A DNA stretch of 64,000 bases, from NCBI GenBank assembly GCA_963729715.1, contig CAVSPA010000006.1, positions 384,001-448,000 on the forward strand, in the 5' to 3' direction. A model generated the notes under the pieces. It was not told the DNA's origin, did no database searches, and saw only the letters and a list, made by a program, of their open reading frames with translations. A program made the position numbers and the translations under genes. Shown piece by piece: positions 1 through 9,745 of the stretch; the stretch's first letter is position 1; each line of letters begins with the position of its first letter. The stretch is from an uncultured delta proteobacterium (GTDB lineage: Bacteria; Desulfobacterota; Syntrophia; Syntrophales; UBA2185).

Positions 1-2627
1 AGGATCACCATATCAATTTCACCTTGTTTTTCTTTGTATATATCTACGGCTTCGCGACCGCTCCTCGCTACAGAAACCTTGTACCCCAGCACCTCCAGGA
101 TCTCGCTGCCCACATCAATGATCACGTCTTCGTCATCCACGAGAAGGATTGTCCCCTCACCCCTTGCTATGTCTGTTGAGACTTTCTCTTCCTTGACAAG
201 CTCTTTCTCTGAAGCAGGAAGATAGATGGTAAACGTCGCCCCGTGGCCCTTTTCACTGTATACATCTATTATACCGTTGTGGCCTTTGACAATACCGTAG
301 ACAGATGCAAGACCGAGACCCGTACCCCTTCCCATCTCTTTCGTCGTGAAAAAGGGCTCAAAGATTCTGTCCCGCGTCTGTTCATCCATCCCGATACCCG
401 TATCGGTTACAGCGATCCGTACATACCTTCCGGGCTTCACACCATACGGTCTAGCGGACTCCTCGTCAAGAAAGACGTTAGCAGTTTCCAGATACAAATC
501 GCCGCCGCCAGGCATGGCCTGCCAGGCATTGACATAAATATTCAAAAGCACCTGCTCTATCTGCCCGCGATCAACCTCCACCGCCCAGATATTGTCCTTG
601 TGGTTACGGTGAATAGTAATTTCCTTCTTCGTTCTCCCGAACATGGCTGACGTCTTGTTGATAATTTCGTTCATATCGGTTACGGCGACTTCATATTTGC
701 CGCCACGGGCAAAGCCCAATAGCTGCTTGGTCAGCTCGGCGCCGCTTCTCACCTGATCTTCAATTCCCTTTAATTTATCATAAAGAGGGTGAGTGATATT
801 CATATCGAGAAACATTAGAGAGGCATACCCCTGTATGCCCGTGAGGAGATTGTTGAAGTCATGGGCGATGCCTCCGGCAAGAGTACCCACGGCTTCCATC
901 TTCTGGGCATGGAGCAGCTGTGATTCAAGCTGTTTCTGTTCGGAGATATCCCTGAATATTCCCACGATACCTGTTACATTTCCCTTTAAATCAAGATTTG
1001 GGGCTCCACTTATATTAAATACCCTTTCGGACCCATCTTTGTGCAGAATCGTGCCGACCCTGTCCCTCAGAATAAGTTTTCCATCCCTTACCTGCTCAAA
1101 AAGGAGGAGGTATTCTCTGGCGTCCTTCTTTGCCATAAAATCGACAAAATTTCGTCCTATGACCTCATCGGTCCGATGTCCCAGAATTTTCTCCCAGACG
1201 GGATTTATATAAGTAAATGAACCATTAAAATCAAGAGTGTAAATAATATCAGGAGCATTCTCACTTAAGGAGCGGAACCGCTCTTCGCTTTCGAGTATTT
1301 TTTGATAGGATGTCGCATTATTTATGCTGATGGCTATGTGGGTCGCGATCCCCATGAGAAGGCTGACATCACTCTGCGTAAGATGCCTCTTTGATCTGAC
1401 GTTATCAACCATCAGGACGCCGAGAGACTCGTGTTCGAAAACAATGGGAACGCATATGAACGACTTGGCACCCATCATTCGGGCAAACTCATGACTCTTC
1501 TTCGAGAGGCTGTCTTCTATTTCGGAAATATCATCAATCAGGATAGGTTTCTGCAAACGAAAGGACTCCACTGTAGGTCCCCTCGAATTAGGCCTATTAA
1601 GGTGAAACGCCACACCTGTGAGAAATTCCTCATGCTCAGGGTTGTAGCCATAACCAATGGCATACACGAGACGGGTTCTATCCTGGTTGGCAAGCATGAT
1701 CATGCCCCGATCAAAATCAAGACGTTTCTCCATGGCTTCCATAACTAGCTTGAGCAGTTTTTCGCTATCCAAAATCATGGAGGTTGCCTGGCCGATCTCC
1801 TGAATGAGGAGGGCATTGTTATAACGGATGTTGATCTCACCTAACAGGTTATCGGCTAAATCACCCTGCTTTTTCAGGTTTATCGCAAGCTCCTTTTTTT
1901 CTACATACTCAGAGTAAAAAACAAAAATAAATACAAGCAATACATAGAGCAAAACGGGCACTGCCCAAGCCCACTCGGTATCGTGGAGAATAAAGAATAA
2001 GATCGGGCAGACCACAAAAGCCGAAAGTGCGACGTAATTGCGGACTGTCTTCCACGTAAAAGAAGGCACTTTCTCCCAGCTTATAATATAGCGGCAACTG
2101 CCTCCTCCTTTATGAATACAGGTCGGGTGTTCTACACTGGCGAATTTGGTTGTGAAAAGTTTGGCAATTGCCTCGAAGTTTGCGAGCCGATACTGACATT
2201 GAAAGGGTTTCTCTTCTACGCCGGGGTTTGGGGTGACGACAATTTCGACCTGGTTTCTTCCAAGACTTCTTACATGAATGGTTGAGGCGCGACTGAAAAA
2301 ATGATGCAGTTTACCAAGGACTGAGTAAGCGACGGAAGGCGTTATAAAACCCAATGCGTATTGCGATACGGCGCCACCAGCTTTTGAGAATGGAGCATTA
2401 CGGCCGACATTCTTGGGAATGTCGGGGTCTTTTGTTTGTTGGGTCATGCCTTCGTGAAAAAGATCTATTTGCCTCTGGCTGAACCAGTGCCCCCCATCTT
2501 CGAGCTGGTAGGTTGTAATTCCGGCATAATTGAGAAGCGTATCTATATTGACATCGGGATGATGCTCGTTAAGGTATTCAATGTAGTTCTTAATCAGTCT
2601 GCTGCTGTATAATCCGGCGTCATTCAT
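1..2627 (-). CDS. Hybrid sensor histidine kinase/response regulator (V4R/H-NOX-like N-terminus, 2 TM, GAF, PAS, HisKA, HATPase, REC); runs off the left edge
   Basis: Not in the ORF track because it has no stop inside the window. Hand translation from ATG 2627 gives [19 protein letters not shown]..., V4R-like CQYRL...[20 protein letters not shown], a hydrophobic stretch, GAF ([20 protein letters not shown]), PAS ([11 protein letters not shown]), H-box [14 protein letters not shown]-boxes (DTGIGMD, FFTTK, GTGLGL) and REC ILLVDDE. Confidence 0.9.
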   Translation of the reverse strand, partial: MNDAGLYSSRLIKNYIEYLNEHHPDVNIDTLLNYAGITTYQLEDGGHWFSQRQIDLFHEGMTQQTKDPDIPKNVGRNAPFSKAGGAVSQYALGFITPSVAYSVLGKLHHFFSRASTIHVRSLGRNQVEIVVTPNPGVEEKPFQCQYRLANFEAIAKLFTTKFASVEHPTCIHKGGGSCRYIISWEKVPSFTWKTVRNYVALSAFVVCPILFFILHDTEWAWAVPVLLYVLLVFIFVFYSEYVEKKELAINLKKQGDLADNLLGEINIRYNNALLIQEIGQATSMILDSEKLLKLVMEAMEKRLDFDRGMIMLANQDRTRLVYAIGYGYNPEHEEFLTGVAFHLNRPNSRGPTVESFRLQKPILIDDISEIEDSLSKKSHEFARMMGAKSFICVPIVFEHESLGVLMVDNVRSKRHLTQSDVSLLMGIATHIAISINNATSYQKILESEERFRSLSENAPDIIYTLDFNGSFTYINPVWEKILGHRTDEVIGRNFVDFMAKKDAREYLLLFEQVRDGKLILRDRVGTILHKDGSERVFNISGAPNLDLKGNVTGIVGIFRDISEQKQLESQLLHAQKMEAVGTLAGGIAHDFNNLLTGIQGYASLMFLDMNITHPLYDKLKGIEDQVRSGAELTKQLLGFARGGKYEVAVTDMNEIINKTSAMFGRTKKEITIHRNHKDNIWAVEVDRGQIEQVLLNIYVNAWQAMPGGGDLYLETANVFLDEESARPYGVKPGRYVRIAVTDTGIGMDEQTRDRIFEPFFTTKEMGRGTGLGLASVYGIVKGHNGIIDVYSEKGHGATFTIYLPASEKELVKEEKVSTDIARGEGTILLVDDEDVIIDVGSEILEVLGYKVSVARSGREAVDIYKEKQGEIDMVI

Positions 2628-2652
2628 TCTACGATTCTCAGGATAAATTGTA

Positions 2653-4743
2653 CTACTCGTATTTCATTCTAAAATGGCGCTGCACGTACTCCATAAATTT
2701 ATTGGAATGGCGCATATTCGTGATCCATAGTTGATACTTCTTTTCGCTCGGGATGTGCATAACATCAGAATAAACGGATGGATAAATTAAAAGAGGAATG
2801 CTGTCAAGGTGATAAACCCCCGTTAGTTGGCCAACAGCAAGAGAAAGAACTTCCCAAGGCAAATTCTCCGAGTCAACTACAATAGCGTTTATGCCATTTA
2901 AAAGCTCAGATAGATTTACTCCCACATCAGACTGATTAACAATCATAACGGCTCTCAGATAGTCCCCTTCTGTAAGTGAGTATACTTCCCATTTTCTTGT
3001 GAAACCGAGCCGTTGGGATACGTGCTCCAGTGAGTCCCCCGTAAGGTCATTTTTCCCTAAATTTAGCACATCGAACAATAACCCTCCGGAGGAATGTTTC
3101 AAAAATTGCTCGAGGTGCCATAATTCGGATTTGGTGCTTTCGTGTAATGACCAGCCCCGTGGCAGTTCTTTCTGGGGTATTCCGACAGGAAATGTCATAT
3201 AAGAAAAGAGGTCAAGCGAACAGATACGGGGATTATCCAACTTTCTCGCAAAGCCGCCGAAGACGCGATCGGGAAATTTGTTCTCCGGGCGGAAGAAGCA
3301 CATGACGTAGTCCATATTTGCGGAAGGAAGATGGTACATGCCGTACAAAAAAAGCATCATATGTTTTAGAATCTGAAAGCCCGGCAGTTTATTGTGCATT
3401 GGCCTCGCCGCGTGGTGATGTATCAACCAGGCGCGCTCATAGGCCCTGAGCATGGACATATGACCGTATATTCGCCCATTTTCCTCGTAGGTAAAATGCA
3501 TGGCGATTTCGGCATTTTCCTGATAGAGCTTTCTGTAGGTATTCTTAAAATCTTCCCGCCGGTCATGGAGTAGTTTATACTTCTTAGGGTATATGAAACC
3601 GGTATCGAAGAAGAATTCCCAGAGGGCATCCATATCGACTTCCGTGGATATGCAGGAATGATGATCCATATTTAAAGCAATGATCCTATTCAAACGGCTG
3701 TAGCTGTGGACGTCCATATCCAGGATGGCAATGCCGCAGCAGACTTTATTTTCCTCCTGCTTCTTGCGGTAGATTACCTGGGCCGTACAGTTCATTTTCA
3801 GCTCCCCGGCATAGATTATTGACAGCCCATGTATAATCATGCCCGGCAGCAATATGCCCTCTATGGCATCGTCATACACAGAAAAACCAGTAATGGAGAT
3901 GTCTGTGATTTCTCGCTGGACTTTTCTTCCAAAAAATGGATGTTCAAAGATGGCCATCGGAGGGGGGAATATCCGGTGGCGGGGATGGCGAATCGTTCTC
4001 GTCTGGAAGCGTTTGATCTGTTCACTCGGGGGGGCAACGACGATTTCCCAATCGTGAGTTTCATGCGTTTGTCTTAAACAGCGGCAGTTTCCCGAAAAAA
4101 GCATTTTACCGTCGCTCGTTAATCTGATGGTAACCGTGGCATCGGGATTGAATTCGTGATATGATGAGGGCATTTCAGGGCTTACTCTTATGCGGAAAGA
4201 CTGCGGGCTGAAATCTATAAGGCTGCCCCTGGCCAAAAAGCCGCTCTGCGTCAACTCCACAGTGACATCCCGGCAGGGAAAGCGATTTGTCACTCGCTTG
4301 CTTATAAGGTAGCTCTCGTCCGGCAGCTCTACCTTAAATCCTGCACTGTCTATACCGAGAAGTTTTGCAGGAATAAGGATGATGGACTGTTGATCCATTA
4401 CTATCAGGTAACTGAACTGGAAATTTTCCAGGCCGAAACTCATGTGACTCTTATCCCAGGAACAGGCTAATTCGTCTCCTTCGATAGCTTCCGGCATTGC
4501 ATTTACAAGAATAGCTTGGTCATACTTAGGATGGCGCAACAGGGCGCAGATAGGATCGCCCATAAAATGGATCCGGTTCAGAGTATTCATCAGATTCTCT
4601 TTTTTGATGTGGCTGCCGGCATCGATGGCGTTAATGAGATCATCGTGCTGAAAAAACCACAGGGGCAGGAATGGTTCCTCAGGAGCCTTTCTGACTTTCC
4701 CGATGTCAATGAGGATGGGTTGCCTGATTTTTTTGTCTTCCAT
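2653..4743 (-). CDS. Tandem PilZ-domain protein with uncharacterised C-terminal GNAT-like domain
   Basis: 696 aa; PilZ-like motifs KRVTNRFP...DFSPQSF and RTIRHPR...DISITGF; C-terminal ~330 aa with GRIYGHMSMLRAYERAWLIHHHAA and YVMCFFRPENKFP. Confidence 0.7.
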   Translation of the reverse strand: MEDKKIRQPILIDIGKVRKAPEEPFLPLWFFQHDDLINAIDAGSHIKKENLMNTLNRIHFMGDPICALLRHPKYDQAILVNAMPEAIEGDELACSWDKSHMSFGLENFQFSYLIVMDQQSIILIPAKLLGIDSAGFKVELPDESYLISKRVTNRFPCRDVTVELTQSGFLARGSLIDFSPQSFRIRVSPEMPSSYHEFNPDATVTIRLTSDGKMLFSGNCRCLRQTHETHDWEIVVAPPSEQIKRFQTRTIRHPRHRIFPPPMAIFEHPFFGRKVQREITDISITGFSVYDDAIEGILLPGMIIHGLSIIYAGELKMNCTAQVIYRKKQEENKVCCGIAILDMDVHSYSRLNRIIALNMDHHSCISTEVDMDALWEFFFDTGFIYPKKYKLLHDRREDFKNTYRKLYQENAEIAMHFTYEENGRIYGHMSMLRAYERAWLIHHHAARPMHNKLPGFQILKHMMLFLYGMYHLPSANMDYVMCFFRPENKFPDRVFGGFARKLDNPRICSLDLFSYMTFPVGIPQKELPRGWSLHESTKSELWHLEQFLKHSSGGLLFDVLNLGKNDLTGDSLEHVSQRLGFTRKWEVYSLTEGDYLRAVMIVNQSDVGVNLSELLNGINAIVVDSENLPWEVLSLAVGQLTGVYHLDSIPLLIYPSVYSDVMHIPSEKKYQLWITNMRHSNKFMEYVQRHFRMKYE

Positions 4744-4992
4744 TTATCGAAGGCCTACAATTTTTTCGACATAACAAATTTGCGGCAGCTATTCCATGTA
4801 GTCGAGAAATGTTCAGGATGCCACTATTCTTAAAAAGCGTATTCGGCCATAAGGATTTGAAAGCAAATACAGCGTAGAAGGCAAAAATGCGATTTCCGCA
4901 AGACAGATGAGGAGATGCCGGATCGGAAAAGACCACTTTATATTGATCCGGAAAAGCTGCCCTTCCTTCCCTTAGATATAAATTAGTGTCAA

Positions 4993-5022
4993 TTTATATA
5001 CTAAATGCTTCTTTCATGTCAA
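4993..5022 (-). promoter_or_regulatory. Putative sigma70 promoter for the PilZ-kinase operon, overlapped by a 9-bp inverted repeat
   Basis: Minus strand TTGACA-N18-TATAAA; inverted repeat ATATAAATT-N6-AATTTATAT at 4976-4999. Confidence 0.4.
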
Positions 5023-5145
5023 ATTTTATATGACGAGAGAGGGGGCTTTTGAATTCAGTGGCGAGCGCATTCTCCGCGGCCTACTGTGGAGAGCTTCAAT
5101 CACCTTAGGAATATCATCAATGGTATGGTATTACTCGAATATTTG

Positions 5146-6003
5146 TCATTCGGCGGATGGCTTCCGATTTAGTTGCGGCGGTCTCTTAATCTCAATATAA
5201 CCTCCCAGACCGACGGCTTTGAATATCTCCTCGATGGTTGCGCCCATCGTATGCACTATCATTCCCTCCGGATCAGGCATGGGTGATAATAATACCAGCT
5301 TGTTATCAAACCTTCTGAAGCTCAGGTCTACGATGCTGTAGGCTACAATGACGACGCCGGATAGAGAAATAAGCTCCCTCTCAAGCGTGAGGCACGTGGT
5401 GGAAATTACATCCTTCAGGAATTCCGGCAAACCAAATTTCTCCATAAATTTCATGCCGAGCTGTGATTGATGCTGAGAGATAAAATCATCGTCTATCGCC
5501 GCTTGCTCATACTCATCTTTATACAGCGACTTGTAGAGGGCGATGATGATCTTACCGATTTCGAGGAGAAGGCCCCCTATCTCTACTCTTCTTGTGTCGT
5601 CGTCCCTCAGGCCGAACTCTTTCGCGAGAATCCTGCCCCCGATTATGGAAGTTGCAAAACTTTTTGCGCAAATAATTCTCACTTCCTTGTCCTTTGACAG
5701 GGCTGCAAACGACAAGAATATTATGAGAACACGGGCAAAGTCCATGCCCAGCCGGGAAACAACCTTGTAGAATGTATCGACAGTTCCTCTTTTCAGATGC
5801 CCGTAATAGGCGGAGTTGGCTATGCTGAAAAGTCTTACCAGGATTTCGTCTCCCACTTTTGACTTCAAAAGCTCAATCTCACTCTCGTCCGCGTCGGGAT
5901 CGCTGAGCACGGCAAGCACGTCCGGATTAAAACCGACGTTGACATTGTTGAGAATCTTATCTTCAATATCTAAAATTATCTGATTAACTGTTTCGGCGTC
6001 CAT
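5146..6003 (-). CDS. HDOD domain signalling protein (degenerate HD motif)
   Basis: RLFSIANSAYYG...VVSRLG and GLLLEIGK (canonical LLHDIGK); AGGAG RBS upstream. Confidence 0.8.
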   Translation of the reverse strand: MDAETVNQIILDIEDKILNNVNVGFNPDVLAVLSDPDADESEIELLKSKVGDEILVRLFSIANSAYYGHLKRGTVDTFYKVVSRLGMDFARVLIIFLSFAALSKDKEVRIICAKSFATSIIGGRILAKEFGLRDDDTRRVEIGGLLLEIGKIIIALYKSLYKDEYEQAAIDDDFISQHQSQLGMKFMEKFGLPEFLKDVISTTCLTLERELISLSGVVIVAYSIVDLSFRRFDNKLVLLSPMPDPEGMIVHTMGATIEEIFKAVGLGGYIEIKRPPQLNRKPSAE

Positions 6004-6493
6004 TTTCTGACCGCTCCTCCTGTCAATGAGACCGAATACTGAGGAGTAATGCTGAATAATTTAGATAGGCGCTTAGCTAATTTCTTATCCAGCACGTTCT
6101 TCAATGACCTGTGCAAGGTATTCATCGTGCATAGCTGCTGAAGAGATGCCCCCTCCACATCCTAAGGTGAGTTGGTGTTCGATGTAGATACCATAAATAT
6201 GGAAAAAGTTACAGGGTATAAATGTTTTTACTTGCATGAAGAACATAATGTCCACCCCTTAAGTGGGTAGCTTGGATTATGGAAGAGTCCTTCCATCGAA
6301 GATCAGGAGAGTAGGGTACATTCGTCTTGAGGTTGATCGGTAAATTTGATAAGTACTTTTATGTTCTGCTGTCTTGCAGCAAACGGCGGGGGCTTAATGT
6401 TCCAGTCGCGTCTCTTGTAAATACTTCCAATATTGCTGGGCAAGCCGGTATGCCCTGCTATCGATTTTTTTTGCGCGTTAAAAGGAGAAACCT

Positions 6494-7300
6494 ATGGGAT
6501 TAGTCTATGAGAAGGAAGGACATATCGCAAAAGTAGGTCTGAATCGTCCCGAGGAAAAGAACGCCCTCGATCCCGAAATCCTGATGGACTTGCATCGCGC
6601 GTGGACGGATATCAATGAGGACGAGATGGTGCGCGTCGTCATTCTCTATTCATGCCTGTCGGACATTTTTTGCTCCGGCATGGATCTGAAAACGGCCATA
6701 CCTGTGCTCACAAAGGCCAGGGAGCCGAGGAGCGAATCAGAGCGATGGCTGGTGCAGGTGGGACCGCATGTAGGGGAAGCCATGTTGAAGCCGAACATCG
6801 TGAAGAAGCCCGTAATTGCCGCCATCAACGGTTACTGTCTGACAGGGGGCTTTGAGATGGTTATGGGAGCCGATCTTCGCGTCGCCGCGGCAAATGCAGT
6901 TTTTCAAATGCGAGAAGCCAGTCTCGGCATCATGCCGGTCGGCGGTTCGAATGTCTATCTGCCCCGGCATTTGTCACCCTGCCGTGCCTTGGAAATCCTT
7001 CTGACGGCGGGTAACTTCCGTGCGAGAACCCTCCTCGAGTGGGGTTTCCTCAATCACGTGGTATCAGAGGAAGACCTGATGAAGAAAACCATGGAATTAG
7101 GGGACAGGATTGCGAGTAACGGTCCCCTTGCCGTTCAGGGTATCATCAGATGCGTCCGGGAATCGCAGGATATGTCATTTGCTGATGCCTTCAGGAGGGA
7201 ACTGGAGATCGGCATGCCCGTATTCGGCAGTAAGGACGCACGTGAAGGCATTCTTGCCCAGAAGGAAAAGCGGAAACCGAATTTTCCGGGCCGGTACTAG
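6494..7300 (+). CDS. Enoyl-CoA hydratase/isomerase (crotonase family)
   Basis: LNRPEEKNAL, FCSGMDL, KPVIAAINGYCLTGGFE, DAREGILAQKEKRKPNF; AGGAG RBS. Confidence 0.93.
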   Translation: MGLVYEKEGHIAKVGLNRPEEKNALDPEILMDLHRAWTDINEDEMVRVVILYSCLSDIFCSGMDLKTAIPVLTKAREPRSESERWLVQVGPHVGEAMLKPNIVKKPVIAAINGYCLTGGFEMVMGADLRVAAANAVFQMREASLGIMPVGGSNVYLPRHLSPCRALEILLTAGNFRARTLLEWGFLNHVVSEEDLMKKTMELGDRIASNGPLAVQGIIRCVRESQDMSFADAFRRELEIGMPVFGSKDAREGILAQKEKRKPNFPGRY

Positions 7301-7379
7301 AGATTTTATTGAAGGTCCCGTCTGATAGTGAGATACACTATGGGGGCGTGAGTTCCTAATATCGGGGAAAATACCTGCC

Positions 7380-8978
7380 ATGAAAGAAGTATTGATTTTT
7401 GCAACCGGTCTCGTTTTGTTCTTATTCGGCATGAGAAAATTGAGCGCCGGGGTGCAGCAGCTTTTCACTTCGCGCATTAGAGAATATATTAGGTATTCAG
7501 TGAGAAGACCGATTTACGGACTGTTGACCGGTATAGTAACAACAATGCTGTTTCAGAGTAGCGGGGCGACGACACTCCTCACCGTGGGGATGGTGAGCGC
7601 CGGGTTGATGACCTTTTACCATTCCCTCGGCCTCATCCTGGGCGCGGACATCGGTACTGTACTCACTGTTCAACTGGTCGTCTGGAAATTTGCCGATATT
7701 TCCCCACTTATTATTGTTTCAGGCGGCATTCTCTGGCTTACGGGAAAGGCAAAATGGAAGGATGCGGGCGAGGCCATCTTCTACTTCGGCCTTTTGTTTT
7801 TTGGCTTAAGCCTGGTGGCGATGACCACGGCGCCATTGAAAGATAATCAGGCGGTCATCCGCTTTTTTCAGGAAACAAAAAATCCGCTCCTGGGTCTTGG
7901 GGTTGGTATTATTTTTACAGGAATAGTACAAGCCTCTGTCATTCCCATCAGCATTCTCGCAATTCTGGCGCAACAGGATCTTATCACCATTGAAAACGCC
8001 CTGCCTGTTGTTTTCGGGGCCAATGTGGGGACGACCGTCACAGCCCTCATGGCAGGTGCGGTCGCTACCATCAGCGGCAAGAGAAGCGCTGTCTCTCACC
8101 TCCTCTTTAAATGTTTCGGCGCCGTTGCCTGCATGGTCGCCCTTCCGTGGCTGATTCCATCTTTGAAAAGTATTTCTTCAAACGTGGCGCAGCAGATCGT
8201 CGTCGGTCATCTCTTGTTTAATCTTTTCATTGTCGCCTCTTTCATTTTTTTTCTCAAACCATTTGCCAGATTGATTGAAAAGATCATACCCGGCCAAGAA
8301 GAAATCCTGCCATTATGGCCGGAATACCTTGATGACAGGCGTCTTGCGGATCCCCAAGACGCTCTGGTGTGCGTAAGAAAAGAACTGCAGCGTGAGATTA
8401 TCCTCGTACAAAAGATATTCACAGAGAGTCTGCAACTGTTGGATGACTATAAAGAGTGGAAAAGGCAAAATATCATATATGTCGAACTTGTTGTCGACGT
8501 CTTGCGGCGCGAGATCGTGAATTTCTTGCGCAAGATTTCCTGTCGGCAATTGTCACCGGCATTGTCACGAAAACTCTTTACATATACGGCCATGGCAAAC
8601 GACATTGAAAGGATCGGGGATCATGCCGTCATACTGGCAAAGCTGGCCAGTAATAAGTATCAAGCGGAGGTCAGCTTTACAGAAATGGGCAAAAAGGAGC
8701 TTGGAGAAATTGAGCGGCAGGCGACGGAAAACCTTGGCGATGCCGTGTCTCTGATCGGAGAGCGCGATGCGGAAAAGATAGCAAATATTGCCATGCGTGA
8801 GGAAGACATTGACATGAGTGTGAAGGAGGCGCGAGAAAGACATCTCGTGCGATATTACGAAGGGATCTGTCAGGCTGAGGCCGGTCCCATCTTTATAGAA
8901 ATGTTAATGCATCTTGAAAGAATATCCGATCTTTGCCAGAATGTTGCGGAATATGTCGATGAGCTTAAAGATTCTTGA
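7380..8978 (+). CDS. Na/Pi cotransporter family protein with C-terminal PhoU-like domains
   Basis: FQSSGATT and QASVIPI repeats, GADIGT/GANVGTT, DIERIGDH and LERISD. Confidence 0.9.
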   Translation: MKEVLIFATGLVLFLFGMRKLSAGVQQLFTSRIREYIRYSVRRPIYGLLTGIVTTMLFQSSGATTLLTVGMVSAGLMTFYHSLGLILGADIGTVLTVQLVVWKFADISPLIIVSGGILWLTGKAKWKDAGEAIFYFGLLFFGLSLVAMTTAPLKDNQAVIRFFQETKNPLLGLGVGIIFTGIVQASVIPISILAILAQQDLITIENALPVVFGANVGTTVTALMAGAVATISGKRSAVSHLLFKCFGAVACMVALPWLIPSLKSISSNVAQQIVVGHLLFNLFIVASFIFFLKPFARLIEKIIPGQEEILPLWPEYLDDRRLADPQDALVCVRKELQREIILVQKIFTESLQLLDDYKEWKRQNIIYVELVVDVLRREIVNFLRKISCRQLSPALSRKLFTYTAMANDIERIGDHAVILAKLASNKYQAEVSFTEMGKKELGEIERQATENLGDAVSLIGERDAEKIANIAMREEDIDMSVKEARERHLVRYYEGICQAEAGPIFIEMLMHLERISDLCQNVAEYVDELKDS

Positions 8979-9033
8979 TTATTTGTCCCCAGCAGGGCCG
9001 CTCAACATTTCTTCTCAGCCTTTGCTTTCGGTC

Positions 9034-9062
9034 TTGACAATTAGATTTTGCACTAATAAAAT
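9034..9062 (+). promoter_or_regulatory. Putative sigma70 promoter of the ferritin-family gene
   Basis: TTGACA-N17-TAAAAT. Confidence 0.6.
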
Positions 9063-9125
9063 TTATACAAAGTGTCATAATGCAATTAAACTACAGAACC
9101 TGAACTTTCAATAAGGAGATTGATT

Positions 9126-9644
9126 ATGAAAGAACGACTCAATGCACTGCAGGTTGCCCTCAACAACGAGATGAAGGAACACGAGTTCTACCTTAAGAAT
9201 GCGGCGAGAACCAAGAATGCGGTCGGTAAGGCGATGTTTGCGCAGATAGGGAGCGAAGAACTGGAGCACTACGAAAGGCTGAAACAGCTGCATGCGAACT
9301 GGGAAAAGGACAAGAAGTGGCCCGAAACCGTCCCCCTCAAAGTTAAAGATACGGTTATTAAGAGTGTCCTTAAGAATGCGGCGCAGAAGGCGCCCAAGAC
9401 GATCAAAGGCGATGCCGATGATCTCAAAGCCATCCGGGTAGCCATAGAATTTGAGGGCAAAGGAACGGAGTACTATGCAAATCTCCGTGAACAAGTATCC
9501 GACCCGAAGGAAAAGGCATTTTTTAATCTCCTTGCCAACATAGAACACGAACACTATGTGTCGCTCAAAGAGACGGAGGAATTCCTCACCGACCCTGTCT
9601 CCTGGTTCAGAAAGAAGGAGAACACGGGTTTGGATGGTGCCTAA
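9126..9644 (+). CDS. Ferritin/rubrerythrin-like di-iron protein
   Basis: Duplicated E..FY...EELEHY / E..YY...IEHEHY motifs; AGGAG RBS before ATG 9126. Confidence 0.85.
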   Translation: MKERLNALQVALNNEMKEHEFYLKNAARTKNAVGKAMFAQIGSEELEHYERLKQLHANWEKDKKWPETVPLKVKDTVIKSVLKNAAQKAPKTIKGDADDLKAIRVAIEFEGKGTEYYANLREQVSDPKEKAFFNLLANIEHEHYVSLKETEEFLTDPVSWFRKKENTGLDGA

Positions 9645-9745
9645 TTAGCAAGGGGCATTCATCTTCCGTCGGTTTTCCCGCTAAGAAGAATAGAAAGGGA
9701 TCTCTGTGAACATCGAATTCATAGAGTTCCCTTTTTTCATGCCTG

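Noticed and set aside
34..2097. Short ORFs in the track over 1-2100, suggesting a fragmented or non-coding region
   Set aside because: All are shadows of one continuous minus-strand kinase ORF starting at 2627; I found no frameshift on hand translation
4744..5145. c-di-GMP riboswitch upstream of the PilZ gene
   Set aside because: No GEMM-type conserved motifs recognised; an Infernal/Rfam scan would be decisive
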